From the NCBI GenBank assembly GCA_963789395.1, contig CAWBKP010000012.1, positions 96,001 through 160,000 on the forward strand: a DNA stretch of 64,000 nt, read 5' to 3'. The DNA comes from an uncultured delta proteobacterium. Lineage in GTDB: Bacteria; Desulfobacterota; Desulfobacteria; Desulfobacterales; Desulfatirhabdiaceae. The translations under genes were made by a program, and so were the position numbers. Each line of letters starts with the position of its first letter. Position 1 is the first letter of the stretch. Below are positions 41,460-52,074 of the stretch, piece after piece. The notes beneath the pieces are model-generated. The model did no database searches. It was not told the DNA's origin and saw only the letters and a list, made by a program, of their open reading frames with translations.

Positions 41460-42887
41460 TCAACGGGTCAGGTCGATGATCTCCAGCCGGTTGTTGGCTT
41501 TGGGAAACTTGGACGACGGGCCTTCGGTGAGCAGGGCGAAATTTCCCGGCAGTTCGTGCGCCTGCAGCCAGTTTCTGGCATAAGTGTTCCAGTCGTCCGG
41601 GTGCTCGGATTCGTTTACCGGATGGACGCCCTGCGAAAACTGAAGCGACTGGCACGTTGAATTCAGCGAGCTGACGGCAATGGTCCAGACCGGCAGGCGG
41701 AATCCGGCAATTCTTCTGGCGGTTTCTCCGCCGTGGGTCGGCGTGAAAACAGCTGCCGGTTGCATATATTCCAGGCAGGTTTCCACACTCAACGCGATGA
41801 GATGCGCCGGCCGGAGTTTGCCGGCAAGATCGATTCCAGGGAAAAGTTCTTTTACCGTAACAGCAGGGCGACTGGGCTCCACGGCCGCCGCGATTTTAGC
41901 CAGTGTTTCCACCGCATCCACGGGATATTTCCCCATTGCGGATTCTCCCGAAAGCATGACGCAGTCGGTTCCGTCAAGGATGGCGTTTGATACGTCCGTG
42001 GCCTCGGCCCGGGTGGGGCGGCGGTTATCCGTCATGGACTCCAGCATCTGGGTGGCGGTGATAACCGGTTTTGCCAGTCTGTTGGCAAGGCGCATCAGTT
42101 TTTTTTGCACTACGGCAATCTGTTCGAAGGGAACCTCGACACCCAGGTCCCCCCGTGCGATCATGATTCCGTCCGCAGCCGCCATGATTTCATCGATATG
42201 CTCGAGCGCTCCGGAGCGCTCGATCTTGGCGATGATAAAAGGAGAATATCCCAAATCTCCGGCAGCCTTGCGCACGGCCTCGATATCTGCGGCCCGCTCG
42301 ACAAAGGACTGGCTAACGGCGTCCACGCCGTTCTCAAGGGCGAACTTCAGGCATTGGTGATCCCAGTCGGTGAACGCGCTGATGCCAAGATCGATATCCG
42401 GAAGGTTCAGGCCCTTTCGGGAGCGCAGCTCGCCGCCCACCCTCACCTTGCAGTGCACATCGACAGCTGTGGTTCCAACGACTTCAAGCTGAATGTATCC
42501 GTCATTTAAAAACAGGGTATCTCCCGGCTTCACGGCCTGCGGCAGACGGCTGAAGGAAACCGAAACCCCGCTGACATCGCCCATGATCTCGTCCGTGGTC
42601 AGGGTGAACATCTCGCCAGCCTTTAATTCAATGGGCTCATCGGCGATCATTCCGATGCGCATTTTCGGGCCGGAAAGATCCGCCAGAAGGGCCAGGCGGC
42701 GCCCTGTCCGGAGTGATGCCGCACGAAGGTTTTCGATGATGGCCTTGTGTGCCGTAAAATCTCCGTGGGAGAAATTGAGCCGGGCGATGTTCATTCCGGC
42801 AAGCAGCATGCGTTCCATCACTTCGGGGGATTGGGACGCCGGGCCGATCGTACAGACGATTTTGGTTTTGTGGGTCGGAAGTTGCAT
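41460..42887 (-). CDS. pyk: Pyruvate kinase
   Basis: KTKIVCTIGPAS, RLNFSHG, DLSGPKMR, IAKIE, MIARGDLGVE, ATQMLESM, PTRAE, MLSGESA. Confidence 0.96.
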   Translation of the reverse strand: MQLPTHKTKIVCTIGPASQSPEVMERMLLAGMNIARLNFSHGDFTAHKAIIENLRAASLRTGRRLALLADLSGPKMRIGMIADEPIELKAGEMFTLTTDEIMGDVSGVSVSFSRLPQAVKPGDTLFLNDGYIQLEVVGTTAVDVHCKVRVGGELRSRKGLNLPDIDLGISAFTDWDHQCLKFALENGVDAVSQSFVERAADIEAVRKAAGDLGYSPFIIAKIERSGALEHIDEIMAAADGIMIARGDLGVEVPFEQIAVVQKKLMRLANRLAKPVITATQMLESMTDNRRPTRAEATDVSNAILDGTDCVMLSGESAMGKYPVDAVETLAKIAAAVEPSRPAVTVKELFPGIDLAGKLRPAHLIALSVETCLEYMQPAAVFTPTHGGETARRIAGFRLPVWTIAVSSLNSTCQSLQFSQGVHPVNESEHPDDWNTYARNWLQAHELPGNFALLTEGPSSKFPKANNRLEIIDLTR

Positions 42888-42967
42888 ATCTGTCCTCTTA
42901 AGCGGGAAGTTTGATGGATTCACAAATGAACATGCACTATTGTCATGTTCGCTTATGAGTTCCTTCG

Positions 42968-44608
42968 TTATTGTAGCGATCGTGTGACGATTTTCTGTGC
43001 CGCTTCCAGAATGGCGTCCAGATGCGCCTGGCTCTTGAAGCTTTCCGCATAGAGTTTGTAAATGTTTTCCGTTCCGGACGGCCGAGCCGCAAACCATCCC
43101 TGCCGGGTCACAACCTTGAGTCCGTCAATGGGGGCATCATTTCCCGGTGCGCGCGTCAGTTTGGCGACAATGGGCTCTCCGGCCAGTTCCGTTGCCGTCA
43201 CGACTTCGGGGGTCAATTTCTTGAGAGCGGCTTTCTGAGATGGCGTGGCCGGGGCATCGATGCGTGTGTAATAGGGCGTTCCGTGCCTTTTTGTGAGATC
43301 AAGATAATATTCTCCCGGATCTTTTTCGGTCCGGGCGGTGATTTCCGCGCTCAGCAGGCCAAGGATCAGCCCGTCTTTATCGGTCGTCCATACCCGGCCG
43401 TCTTTTTGGAGAAAACTGGCGCCGGCGCTCTCTTCCCCGCCGAAACAGCAGGAGCCGTCAAATAACCCTTTAGAGAACCATTTGAAGCCGACCGGAGCTT
43501 CGAACAGCCGCCGTCCCAGTTCATTCGCCACCCGGTCGATGAGGCCGCTGCTGACCAGGGTCTTGCCGACCATGGCTTCAGCGGACCACAGCGGGCGATG
43601 CTTGATCAGATAATGAATGGCCACGGCCAGATAGTGGTTGGGGTTCATCAGCCCCGCGGACCGGGTGACGATCCCGTGGCGATCCGCGTCCGGGTCATTG
43701 GCAAAGGCGATCTGATACTGGTCCTTGAGAGCGACCAGACCTGCCATGGCATAGGGGCTGGAGCAGTCCATGCGGATCCTGCCGTCGTGATCGACGCGCA
43801 TGAATGAAAAAGTCGGGTCCACTTTTTTATTCACGACGGTGATATCCACGTGGTACATGTCACGGATCGGCTCCCAGTAAGGCCAGGCAGAACCGCCGAG
43901 GGGATCCACGGCGATCTTGATACCGGCTGCCCGGATGGCCTCCATGTCGATGACGTTTTGAAGGTCCTTCACGTAGGGAAGGATAAGGTCCTGCGGGTGG
44001 GTGGTGCTTGCCTTCATGGCCGCGGCAAACGGCAGGCGCCTGATGCCGACATTGCTTTTTCGCATCAGCTCGTTGGCCCGGTCCTGAATCCATTTTGTCA
44101 CATCGGTATCGGCCGGACCCCCGTTTGGCGGGTTGTACTTGAAGCCGCCGTCCTCCGGGGGGTTGTGTGACGGTGTCACGACGATGCCGTCTGCAGGGTG
44201 GTTGCTGCGGTCGCGGTTATAGACAAGAATGGCCCGCGAGATGACCGGTGTCGGCGTGACCCCGTCGTTTTCCTGAAGGATGGTTTCCACGCCGTTTCCC
44301 GCCAGAACTTCGATTGCGGTTCGCTGGGCGGGTCCGGAGAGCGCATGCGTATCCTTTCCCATATAAAGCGGGCCGTCGATGTCCCGGCGCTTGCGGAAGT
44401 CGCAGATGGCCTGTGTGACGGCCAGAATGTGCGCTTCGGTAAACGTGCCGTGGATGGGCGAGCCGCGATGCCCGCTGGTGCCGAAACTGACCAGTTGATC
44501 GGGATCATTCGTATCCGGCTTTCGATCATAATACTCCCGCTCGATTCGGGCCGGGTCGATCAGCATCTCAGGAGGGGCCGGTTTGCCGGCAAGGGGGGAA
44601 ATCGCCAT
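42968..44608 (-). CDS. pgm: Phosphoglucomutase (alpha-D-glucose-1,6-bisphosphate dependent)
   Basis: [37 protein letters not shown]. Confidence 0.96.
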   Translation of the reverse strand: MAISPLAGKPAPPEMLIDPARIEREYYDRKPDTNDPDQLVSFGTSGHRGSPIHGTFTEAHILAVTQAICDFRKRRDIDGPLYMGKDTHALSGPAQRTAIEVLAGNGVETILQENDGVTPTPVISRAILVYNRDRSNHPADGIVVTPSHNPPEDGGFKYNPPNGGPADTDVTKWIQDRANELMRKSNVGIRRLPFAAAMKASTTHPQDLILPYVKDLQNVIDMEAIRAAGIKIAVDPLGGSAWPYWEPIRDMYHVDITVVNKKVDPTFSFMRVDHDGRIRMDCSSPYAMAGLVALKDQYQIAFANDPDADRHGIVTRSAGLMNPNHYLAVAIHYLIKHRPLWSAEAMVGKTLVSSGLIDRVANELGRRLFEAPVGFKWFSKGLFDGSCCFGGEESAGASFLQKDGRVWTTDKDGLILGLLSAEITARTEKDPGEYYLDLTKRHGTPYYTRIDAPATPSQKAALKKLTPEVVTATELAGEPIVAKLTRAPGNDAPIDGLKVVTRQGWFAARPSGTENIYKLYAESFKSQAHLDAILEAAQKIVTRSLQ

Positions 44609-44813
44609 GCGTCATTTTCCTTATCAAGATCAAATTGTTTCTAAGCCAGTGTTCGTCCGGAAGAAGCGGCCATGTGTCGGTCACCTGCGTCTGCCGCCTC
44701 TTTCCCGAAGTATTACCATAGGTGTCAGGTGTTTGCAAACATGAAACCATTGTATCTTTTGCTGGGGTGGGGTATGGAGAAACAGTCAAAAAAAACAACC
44801 TCGGAGGAAAGCC

Positions 44814-45623
44814 ATGGATTTTAATGACAAGCGAATTCTGGGCAGAACCGGACTCTCTGCAGGGCGGTTGGGTGTTGCCTGCAGTTACGGTGCGCCCACC
44901 GAGGCGTTTGAGGAAGCGTTTGATCGTGGTGTGAATTATTTCTACTGGGGCTCGATGCGAAAATCTGCCATGGCGCGGGCCATCCGGAACATTATTGCAA
45001 AGGGAAAACGCGACAAGTTGATCATTGTGATTCAAAGCTATTCGCGCTCAGCCGGCCTGATGGATGCTTTTTATCGTCAGGGCCTGAAGAGGCTGGGCAT
45101 CGAAACCGCCGATGTGCTGCTGCTTGGCTGGCATAACCAGCTGCCATCCCCCCGGATTCTGGATCAGGCAGAGGCCATGCGAAAAAACGGCCTGTTCCGG
45201 TATCTTGCCCTGTCCGGCCATAACCGGCTTCTGTTTCCCGACCTGGCCAAAGATCCCCGCTTCGATATTCTCCACATCCGGTACAATGCTGCGCATCGGG
45301 GTGCAGAAAATGAGGTGTTTTCACAGCTTGATACTGGCAACCGGCCGGCACTGGTCACTTACACGGCCACCCGATGGGGAGATCTGATGAAACCCGGCAA
45401 AATGCCGCCAGGAGAGGCTCCCCTGAGTGCTTCGGAGTGCTACCGCTTCGTTTTGTCAAATCCGAACGTGGATATCTGCATGACGGGGCCGGGCAGCGTC
45501 GCACAGATGCGCGGGGCACTGACTGCCCTGGAACAGGGTCCCCTGAGCACCGAGGAAAAGCAGCGGGTGCAGCGCATCGGTGATTATGTGCGTGACAATA
45601 ACCGGCGGATGTTTTTTGGCTGA
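44814..45623 (+). CDS. Aldo/keto reductase-like protein (divergent)
   Basis: RILGRTGL, AFDRGVNYF, LKRLG, LALSGH, RYN, RFVLSNP, TGP. Confidence 0.7.
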   Translation: MDFNDKRILGRTGLSAGRLGVACSYGAPTEAFEEAFDRGVNYFYWGSMRKSAMARAIRNIIAKGKRDKLIIVIQSYSRSAGLMDAFYRQGLKRLGIETADVLLLGWHNQLPSPRILDQAEAMRKNGLFRYLALSGHNRLLFPDLAKDPRFDILHIRYNAAHRGAENEVFSQLDTGNRPALVTYTATRWGDLMKPGKMPPGEAPLSASECYRFVLSNPNVDICMTGPGSVAQMRGALTALEQGPLSTEEKQRVQRIGDYVRDNNRRMFFG

Positions 45624-45719
45624 GTGATCAGGCATCGAGCATTAATGGTCATGATGCACCCGAACCGTACCGGAGACGGAAATCTTTATTGATCTCATTT
45701 CCGGGAGGGATCGCTCTGA

Positions 45720-47852
45720 TTATTTTTTCAAAATGATTCTAGCATCAACGACATCCAGTCCCTCCTCATAAAGCATGACCGGATTGAGATCCATTTCTTC
45801 AATTTCAGGGTATGATTCAATGAGCTCCGAGCAAATTAACAAGAGCTTACGCAATGATTTCTTGTCATATCCTTTCTGACCCCTTACCCCGTTTAAAATT
45901 ACGGAAGAGCGGGTGGATTCTATCATTTTTTTACAGGAGGTCGGGGAAACCGGCAATACCCAGAATGTCACATCTTTCATGATTTCAACCATGATACCGC
46001 CGAGCCCGTACATGATCACCGGGCCGAACTGTTCATCTATCTTGGTTCCGATAATGATTTCAAGGCCTTTTTGCGCCATGGGTGCAACCAGCACGCCCCT
46101 GATGTCCGCATCCGGGTTATACGCCATGGCATTATCAACGATCTCCCGGTATCCCTTTCTAATCTCGCTTTCAGAACCCAGATTCAACCTGACCCCGCCG
46201 GCGTCGCTTTTATGAAGGATATCCGGTGAGACAATTTTTAACACAACATTTCCTTTGATGTTGCGTGCAAGTTGCCATGTCTCATCTTCGGTTATGGCAA
46301 CCTGGCCTATCGAAGTCGGTGCGCCATGGAGCTTGATCAGCTGTTTTGCTTCATGCTCCAAAAGCACATGGCGGCCTTCTTTTCCGGCATTTTCAATAAT
46401 CTGCACCCCTTCTGTTTTTGCCTTGGCGCGCCAGTCAAAAACAAAATTGGTTATGGCATGGTAGGATTTCAAATAATTGCCGTATTTGCAGAGCGATGCC
46501 ACACATTTGCAGGATATATCCAGGGAATCATGAACCGGGATATGATAATGCCGCAAAAGATCCAGGGCGTGAGACTCATACGAACTGTAAAGGGAGTGCA
46601 CCACAATCGGCTTGTTTCCCTTTTTTACCATCGCACCGAACCGATGGGCCGCCGCCTCTTCTCCGATAGCAAGACTTTCGTCAAAGCGTATCCCGTATCC
46701 GCCGAAAAGACCGACAACCAGAAGGCCGCCCACATTTGGATCATTTAAAATGATTTTGGCGCAATCCGCAAACACGCTGGGATCGGCATCCGTACCGCCT
46801 GCCACATCAACAGGGTTTACGACAGATGCGGCTTCGGGCAGGATTTTTCTTAAATTTTCTTTTGTTTTATCAGACAACTCAGGCAGATCGATGCCATAAT
46901 CCGTCAGGATGTCAGCCCCGATTGTGGCATGTCCCCCGCCATCGGCAAGAATGGCAATGGAATTATTCTTGATAGGCGGCTGGCTGGAAAGGGTCGTTGC
47001 GACCGGGAAAAGTTCATCCGAGTTTTCAATCACGATGATCCCGGTCCGTCCATAAGCCAATTTCGCCACTTCACTCATCCCTGCAAGAGAACCCGTATGG
47101 GATCCGGCCGATTTTTTACCCTTGGCTGATCTGCCGCTTTTTAAAAGGATAATCGGTTTTATAATGCTTGTTTTATATGCTTCCTGGAGAAATTTTCGTC
47201 CCTCGCTCATTCCCTCGACATATATCAGGATGGATTTCGTGTCCGGATCATTTCTGAAAAATTCAAGATACTCATGGAACTTGATATCCGCTTCATTACC
47301 CACGCCGACATAGTAGGTAAATCCCTCCTGTTTGCGGATGGAGGCTTCTGTTATGAGCGTAAGTGCCATGTTGCCGCTCTGGCAGAGCAATGCAATGTCC
47401 CCTTTGGGAGCATTCTGGATTCCCACAAGATTCATATTGGTTTTGAGGTTGATCATCCCCGATGTATTGGGGCCGATCAACCTGACACCCGTCTCTCTTG
47501 CAGCGGTTATAACTTCCTGCTCAAGCTCCTTTCCCTTGACGCCCAGCTCCCTGAAACCACCGGCAATGATGATGGCGCCTGCAATATTTTTTTTACCGCA
47601 TTTTCTTAAAATACCCGGGATTGTCCGGGCGGGCGTTGTAATCAGGGCAAGATCCACAGGTCCTTCAATTTCAGTGATATCTTTATAGCACGGAATCCCG
47701 AGAATCATATCTTCTTTTGGGTTTACCGGATAAATCTGTCCTTCAAAACCGTCTGCCAGAAGGGTTTTTATGGCCTGGAATCCCCGTTTTGTTTTAATTT
47801 TTGATGCGCCGATGACGGCAACCGATTTGGCATTGAGCACTTTATCCAACAT
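45720..47852 (-). CDS. ADP-forming acyl-CoA synthetase (acetate--CoA ligase family, fused alpha/beta)
   Basis: VAVIGAS, YPVNP, LIGPN, QSG, GNEAD, SHTGSLAG, NPVDV, VLKIVSPDILHKSDAGGV, EMDLNPV, VDAR. Confidence 0.92.
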   Translation of the reverse strand: MLDKVLNAKSVAVIGASKIKTKRGFQAIKTLLADGFEGQIYPVNPKEDMILGIPCYKDITEIEGPVDLALITTPARTIPGILRKCGKKNIAGAIIIAGGFRELGVKGKELEQEVITAARETGVRLIGPNTSGMINLKTNMNLVGIQNAPKGDIALLCQSGNMALTLITEASIRKQEGFTYYVGVGNEADIKFHEYLEFFRNDPDTKSILIYVEGMSEGRKFLQEAYKTSIIKPIILLKSGRSAKGKKSAGSHTGSLAGMSEVAKLAYGRTGIIVIENSDELFPVATTLSSQPPIKNNSIAILADGGGHATIGADILTDYGIDLPELSDKTKENLRKILPEAASVVNPVDVAGGTDADPSVFADCAKIILNDPNVGGLLVVGLFGGYGIRFDESLAIGEEAAAHRFGAMVKKGNKPIVVHSLYSSYESHALDLLRHYHIPVHDSLDISCKCVASLCKYGNYLKSYHAITNFVFDWRAKAKTEGVQIIENAGKEGRHVLLEHEAKQLIKLHGAPTSIGQVAITEDETWQLARNIKGNVVLKIVSPDILHKSDAGGVRLNLGSESEIRKGYREIVDNAMAYNPDADIRGVLVAPMAQKGLEIIIGTKIDEQFGPVIMYGLGGIMVEIMKDVTFWVLPVSPTSCKKMIESTRSSVILNGVRGQKGYDKKSLRKLLLICSELIESYPEIEEMDLNPVMLYEEGLDVVDARIILKK

Positions 47853-47867
47853 GATAGTTTCCTTTGG

Positions 47868-48641
47868 TTATTTTTTTCGCTGCTCAAAATTATCTAAAGA
47901 CGCTTCCCGTTCCTTTGTTGAAACACAGGCAAGACAGGCTTCAATCTCGTAATCCATGAGCGCTTCAAGGCTGCACTCGCCCTGTGCCATGAGAAAGCCC
48001 TTTTTGATGAGTTTCAAGGAAAATGACGAGTTGGCGACAATCTTGTTCGCCATGAGAAAAGCTTCATCCATCAACGTATCCAAAGGAACCGCTTTGTTGA
48101 CCAGGCCAATCCTTTCTGCCTCCTCTCCGGTAATATTTTCCGCGGTAAAAAGAAGTTCTCTTGCCTTTCCCGGGCCGACCAGGTCCTGAACCAGACGGAA
48201 CGCACCGCCGGTGACAGAGGATGTTACCCTTGCTTCAGGGGAGCCGATAAGGGCGTCTTGGGCCGCAATCCGGATATCACAGGCCAAAGCCAGTTCATAC
48301 CCAGATCCCAGCGCATACCCATTAATGGCTGCAATGGTGGGCTTTTCAAACCGTATGATCTTTCTGGATGCTTCCTGCAGGGATTCAAGGTATATTCTAT
48401 AGTCTTCGATGCTTCTGCCCTTTGAATCCTTGAGATCCGCACCGGCGGAAAATGCTCTGCCTTCACCGGTGATAATCAGCGCCTTGATATCATCGTCCTG
48501 CTTTATGTTCTCAAGGGCATCCTGCATCTCAATCCAAAGCTGACGGTTCATGGCATTGAGCACCCTGGGCCTGTTCAGCTTTATCAGGCCGATCTTGCCT
48601 TCTTTTTTATAAATAATACATTCATAGTCCATTGGATTCAC
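47868..48641 (-). CDS. Enoyl-CoA hydratase/isomerase (crotonase) family protein
   Basis: LNRP..NAM, AFSAGADL, AAINGYALGSGYELALACD, PE. Confidence 0.9.
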   Translation of the reverse strand: MNPMDYECIIYKKEGKIGLIKLNRPRVLNAMNRQLWIEMQDALENIKQDDDIKALIITGEGRAFSAGADLKDSKGRSIEDYRIYLESLQEASRKIIRFEKPTIAAINGYALGSGYELALACDIRIAAQDALIGSPEARVTSSVTGGAFRLVQDLVGPGKARELLFTAENITGEEAERIGLVNKAVPLDTLMDEAFLMANKIVANSSFSLKLIKKGFLMAQGECSLEALMDYEIEACLACVSTKEREASLDNFEQRKK

Positions 48642-48720
48642 CTTTTCAAAAATGATATGGGTTCACCGTCCATATTCCCTTGACCGCATCAAGATTAAAC
48701 TTTTACAAAGCCATCGATGG

Positions 48721-50050
48721 CTATTCGTAGTCTGCTTCCAATGCGTCGGTGCTTAAAATCGTTTCAAGTTCATCCGAGAAGAAAAATTTTTCTTCCCCGA
48801 AAGCCGGCTGCAAGTCACTGTACCAGGTCGCATATTCATCATACTGTTGCAAAAAACGGACGTGCGGCCCAATCGGGATTTCTCCCCTGGATCATTCTGA
48901 ATGTCAGGACTTTTTCACCTTTCACCTCGGCAACCCCGAGCATCTGAACTTTGCCGGGAAGGCATGACATGCTGGGCCCGCGCAGCGTTCTGCAGATGCC
49001 GCTGACCGATTGGTAGGTTTGCCTGAAAATATTCCAGGCTTCGATAATTGGAATGGAAAAATAATGTTTGGCGCCCGTATTTCTGGCAATGAACATGTAA
49101 TAGGGGATGCACCCCAGGGCAACCTGCTTTCTGAGCATATCCGCCCAGACTGCTGCGGAGTCGTTGATGTGTTTCAGAACCGGGGATTGCGTTCGAATCA
49201 CTGCCCCGGTCTTTAAAATCCGCTTGATCGCCCTTGCAACCGCAGGGCCTTTCAATTCCGCAGGATGATTAAAGTGGGCCATAATCGCCAGATGCTTTCC
49301 AGCCCGCCTGACCTCTTCAAACAACAGCAGCAGGTCATCGGCATCATCATCGGTTATGAATCGATACGGCCAGTAAGCCAGGGATTTGGTTCCGATCCGG
49401 ATATGTCTCAGGTTCGGTAGACGGGCCTGCAGCAATGCGCGGATGTATGTTGCCAGATGCGTTGTTTTCATGATCATCGGATCGCCGCCGGTAAACAGCA
49501 CATCGGTGACTTCCTGATGCTCTCTGACATATTTCACCAGAAGTTCGGCTTCCCTGGATGCAAACTTCAAATCTTCCATTCCGACAAACTGGGGCCATCG
49601 AAAACAAAACGTACAGTATGCATGGCAGGTCTGACCCTGACTGGGGAAGAACAGAACGGTTTCTCTGTATTTGTGCTGCATACCGTAAAGTTTTTCGCCG
49701 TCTACCATGGGAACGTTGTATTCGAGTTGCCCCGCGGGATGCGGATTTAATTTCAGCCTGATTTTATTGGCGGCTTCCTTTATCTCCGCTTTACTTGCAT
49801 GGCGGTCTAAGACGGACTTCATCTTGTCGTAATGCTCGGGAATCAGCATGTCCTTTTGCGGAAAGGTGAGCTTGAACATCGGATCATCCGGAATATTGTT
49901 CCAATCAATCAGATTTTTGATAACATAATTGTTTGTTTTAAAGGGAAGAACAGATCCGACAATTTCTATCGCTTCAATAATTTCGGGAGAAACTGCCTGT
50001 AGTTGGGGAATGTTTCTAAAATTATGAAGCATATACGGTGAATACTTCAA
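48721..50050 (-). CDS. KamA-like radical SAM protein (lysine 2,3-aminomutase family); C-terminal frameshift near 48845
   Basis: HKYRETVL, CHAYCTFCFR, LFTGGDP, RIGTK, HFNHPAE, QSPVL.HIND, PYYMF, PGKV; the tail YDEYATW..DYE* runs to 48721 in another frame. Confidence 0.85.
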
Positions 50051-50091
50051 TCGACACCTTCTTTCTGGTTTGTTTCATTGTTAATAAATAG

Positions 50092-51547
50092 CACTACTTC
50101 GACATATGTCGCTGTAAAATCGTATTCGGATGATCAGTAAATTCGCTTACCGGTGACGGGCATCGAACGATATCATGTAAGGAGTAAAATTTTGGGCTTT
50201 CAGGAGAAAAATGCTTTCCCCAGAGCAGATCCGGCCGGACGCCACTGGCTCCAGATTGTCAGATTCATCTGTTCTTTTTCCTGCAGACGCAGAAGCGTGA
50301 GATATCCATAAGCCAGGAAAACCAAGAAGGACATGGCGATGCCATCCTGTCCATGATCGGCCTTCATGGTGATCCATGCCGAGGTTCTGCTTGAGTTGCT
50401 GATAGCCATGCTCTGCCAGGTGACGTTTCATGGTAAGACGCGCAAGATCAATCGTCGGAATGTGTTGTGGCATGTTGCTGAAAAAGTAGCGCAGTTCATG
50501 TTCGCCATCTGTCAATTGGCGGCGCTCAATCAGCAGCCAGACCTGTTCGTGCAGATTTCCTTGTCGCCAGCCGTGAGCCGGCCATACCTTGAGAGATACG
50601 GCTTCAACCAGCAACGGCTTGTCACGGGAATCGCGCCTTAACTCCAGACGTTGCCAGGCATCATCGGCAATGCTTTCACCCAGCGCCGAGAGCATGACCG
50701 GTTCCGTATTTACAGCGACGATAGCTGGGACGGGTGTGAGGACGCCCCCGTTTCTGCTCTTTGACAGGTCCAATCTCAAGAACCGGGGCTTCCATAAAAA
50801 CTTGGGTGCTGGAGTAGACGCCCAGGATGAAGCTCTCGCCGTGCGAGTCGAGTTCTTGACGGAACTCAGGTATGTTGCCATACCAACCATCGGCAAGCAC
50901 TGCCCTGTGAGGGACATGATCTTTTCTTGCCAGATCAACAAAATCAAGGGCAATGCGCCACTTCGGCCTGTAATGGGCGGATTCCGGCATCCTTGTCTTT
51001 TTACGCTTTGCGTTGCAATCATCATTGTCGGCCTGGTCCCATGACTCCGGAATGAAAAGCTCCATCGCATAAGGCCAGGCAACATCGCGACCGACATATG
51101 TCATGCTGACACCAATCTGGCAGTTGTCGGTCTTTCCGGAAGCGCCGCAGTACTGACGGGCAACACAAGCACTATCGCGCCCCTTTTTTGGAAACCCGGT
51201 GTCGTCAAGAACCAGAATGCCTAAAGGGTCGGCAGTGGCGGACAGCATGATGCGCCGGTATTGGGCAGCAACCCCCTGGTCATCCCATTTGACATCACTG
51301 AGCAAACGCTGCATGCTTCGCTCAGAGGCATTCACCTTCTCCGACATGGGCTCAACTGACTTGCGCTCTCCATCCATGAGAAGCCCGGTTACATAGTTTT
51401 CAGCCAGTTCACGGCTTTCAGCACCGATTAAAGTAGCCGAGAAAACGGCTTCATGTACTCATCAATGCCTGGATATAATATCTCTTTCGTCATTATGAAA
51501 AATTATCACGTTTACGCTTTTAAGACAAATTAATTGTCGGAGTAGTA
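50092..51547 (-). mobile_element. IS701-family insertion sequence (1456 bp) with frameshifted transposase
   Basis: Transposase motifs RKSVEPM, LDDTGFPKKG, VARQYCG..GKTDNCQ, LADGWYG, K..LGMDHHEGRSWTGWHRH; terminal IRs cactacttcgaca (50092) and tgtcggagtagta (51535-51547). Confidence 0.88.
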
Positions 51548-51612
51548 ACTGGTGAATTGCAAGATGCGTTTGAGGATGCTTCTCTGATTAGCAGCAAAAC
51601 ATTGATTCGGAC

Positions 51613-52074
51613 TTATTGCGAAAGTGCGACGATAAATTCAAACTCATTTCGGGTCACCGGCTGAATCGACAGGCGCATTCCTTTTTTGAGAAGCAGCATT
51701 CCGGCAAGTTCCGGAAATCGGCGCAATCCGGCCAGGGGCAGCGGGGCGTTGAATTTGCTTTCAAACCGGATATCCACCATATACCAGATCGGGTTGTCCG
51801 GCGTACTCTTGGGATCGAAGTGTCCGCTTTTCGGGTCCCATGCTGTGGCGTCCGGATAACCTTTTCTAACCACGGTGGCCGTGCCGACAATCGCAGGCAT
51901 TTTGCCGCTGTGGTAAAACAGAACGCGATCGCCTTTCCGGATTTCGTCACGCAGAAAATTTCTTGCCTGGTAATTGCGCACGCCATCCCAGTGATCGGTC
52001 TGGTCCGGACGTGCCATCAAATCATCGATCGAAAACGTTGTCGGCTCGGATTTCATCAACCAGTATTTCATCAT
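51613..52074 (-). CDS. EVE domain protein
   Basis: YWLMKSEP, WDGVRNYQARN, FYHS, DPKS, RLSIQPV. Confidence 0.93.
   Translation of the reverse strand: MMKYWLMKSEPTTFSIDDLMARPDQTDHWDGVRNYQARNFLRDEIRKGDRVLFYHSGKMPAIVGTATVVRKGYPDATAWDPKSGHFDPKSTPDNPIWYMVDIRFESKFNAPLPLAGLRRFPELAGMLLLKKGMRLSIQPVTRNEFEFIVALSQ

Noticed and set aside
41146..41460. Cobalamin riboswitch upstream of the corrinoid gene
   Set aside because: No B12-box or other conserved riboswitch elements are recognisable
51613..52074. EVE protein as part of a modification-dependent restriction system
   Set aside because: It is a stand-alone EVE protein with no nuclease or ATPase partner nearby
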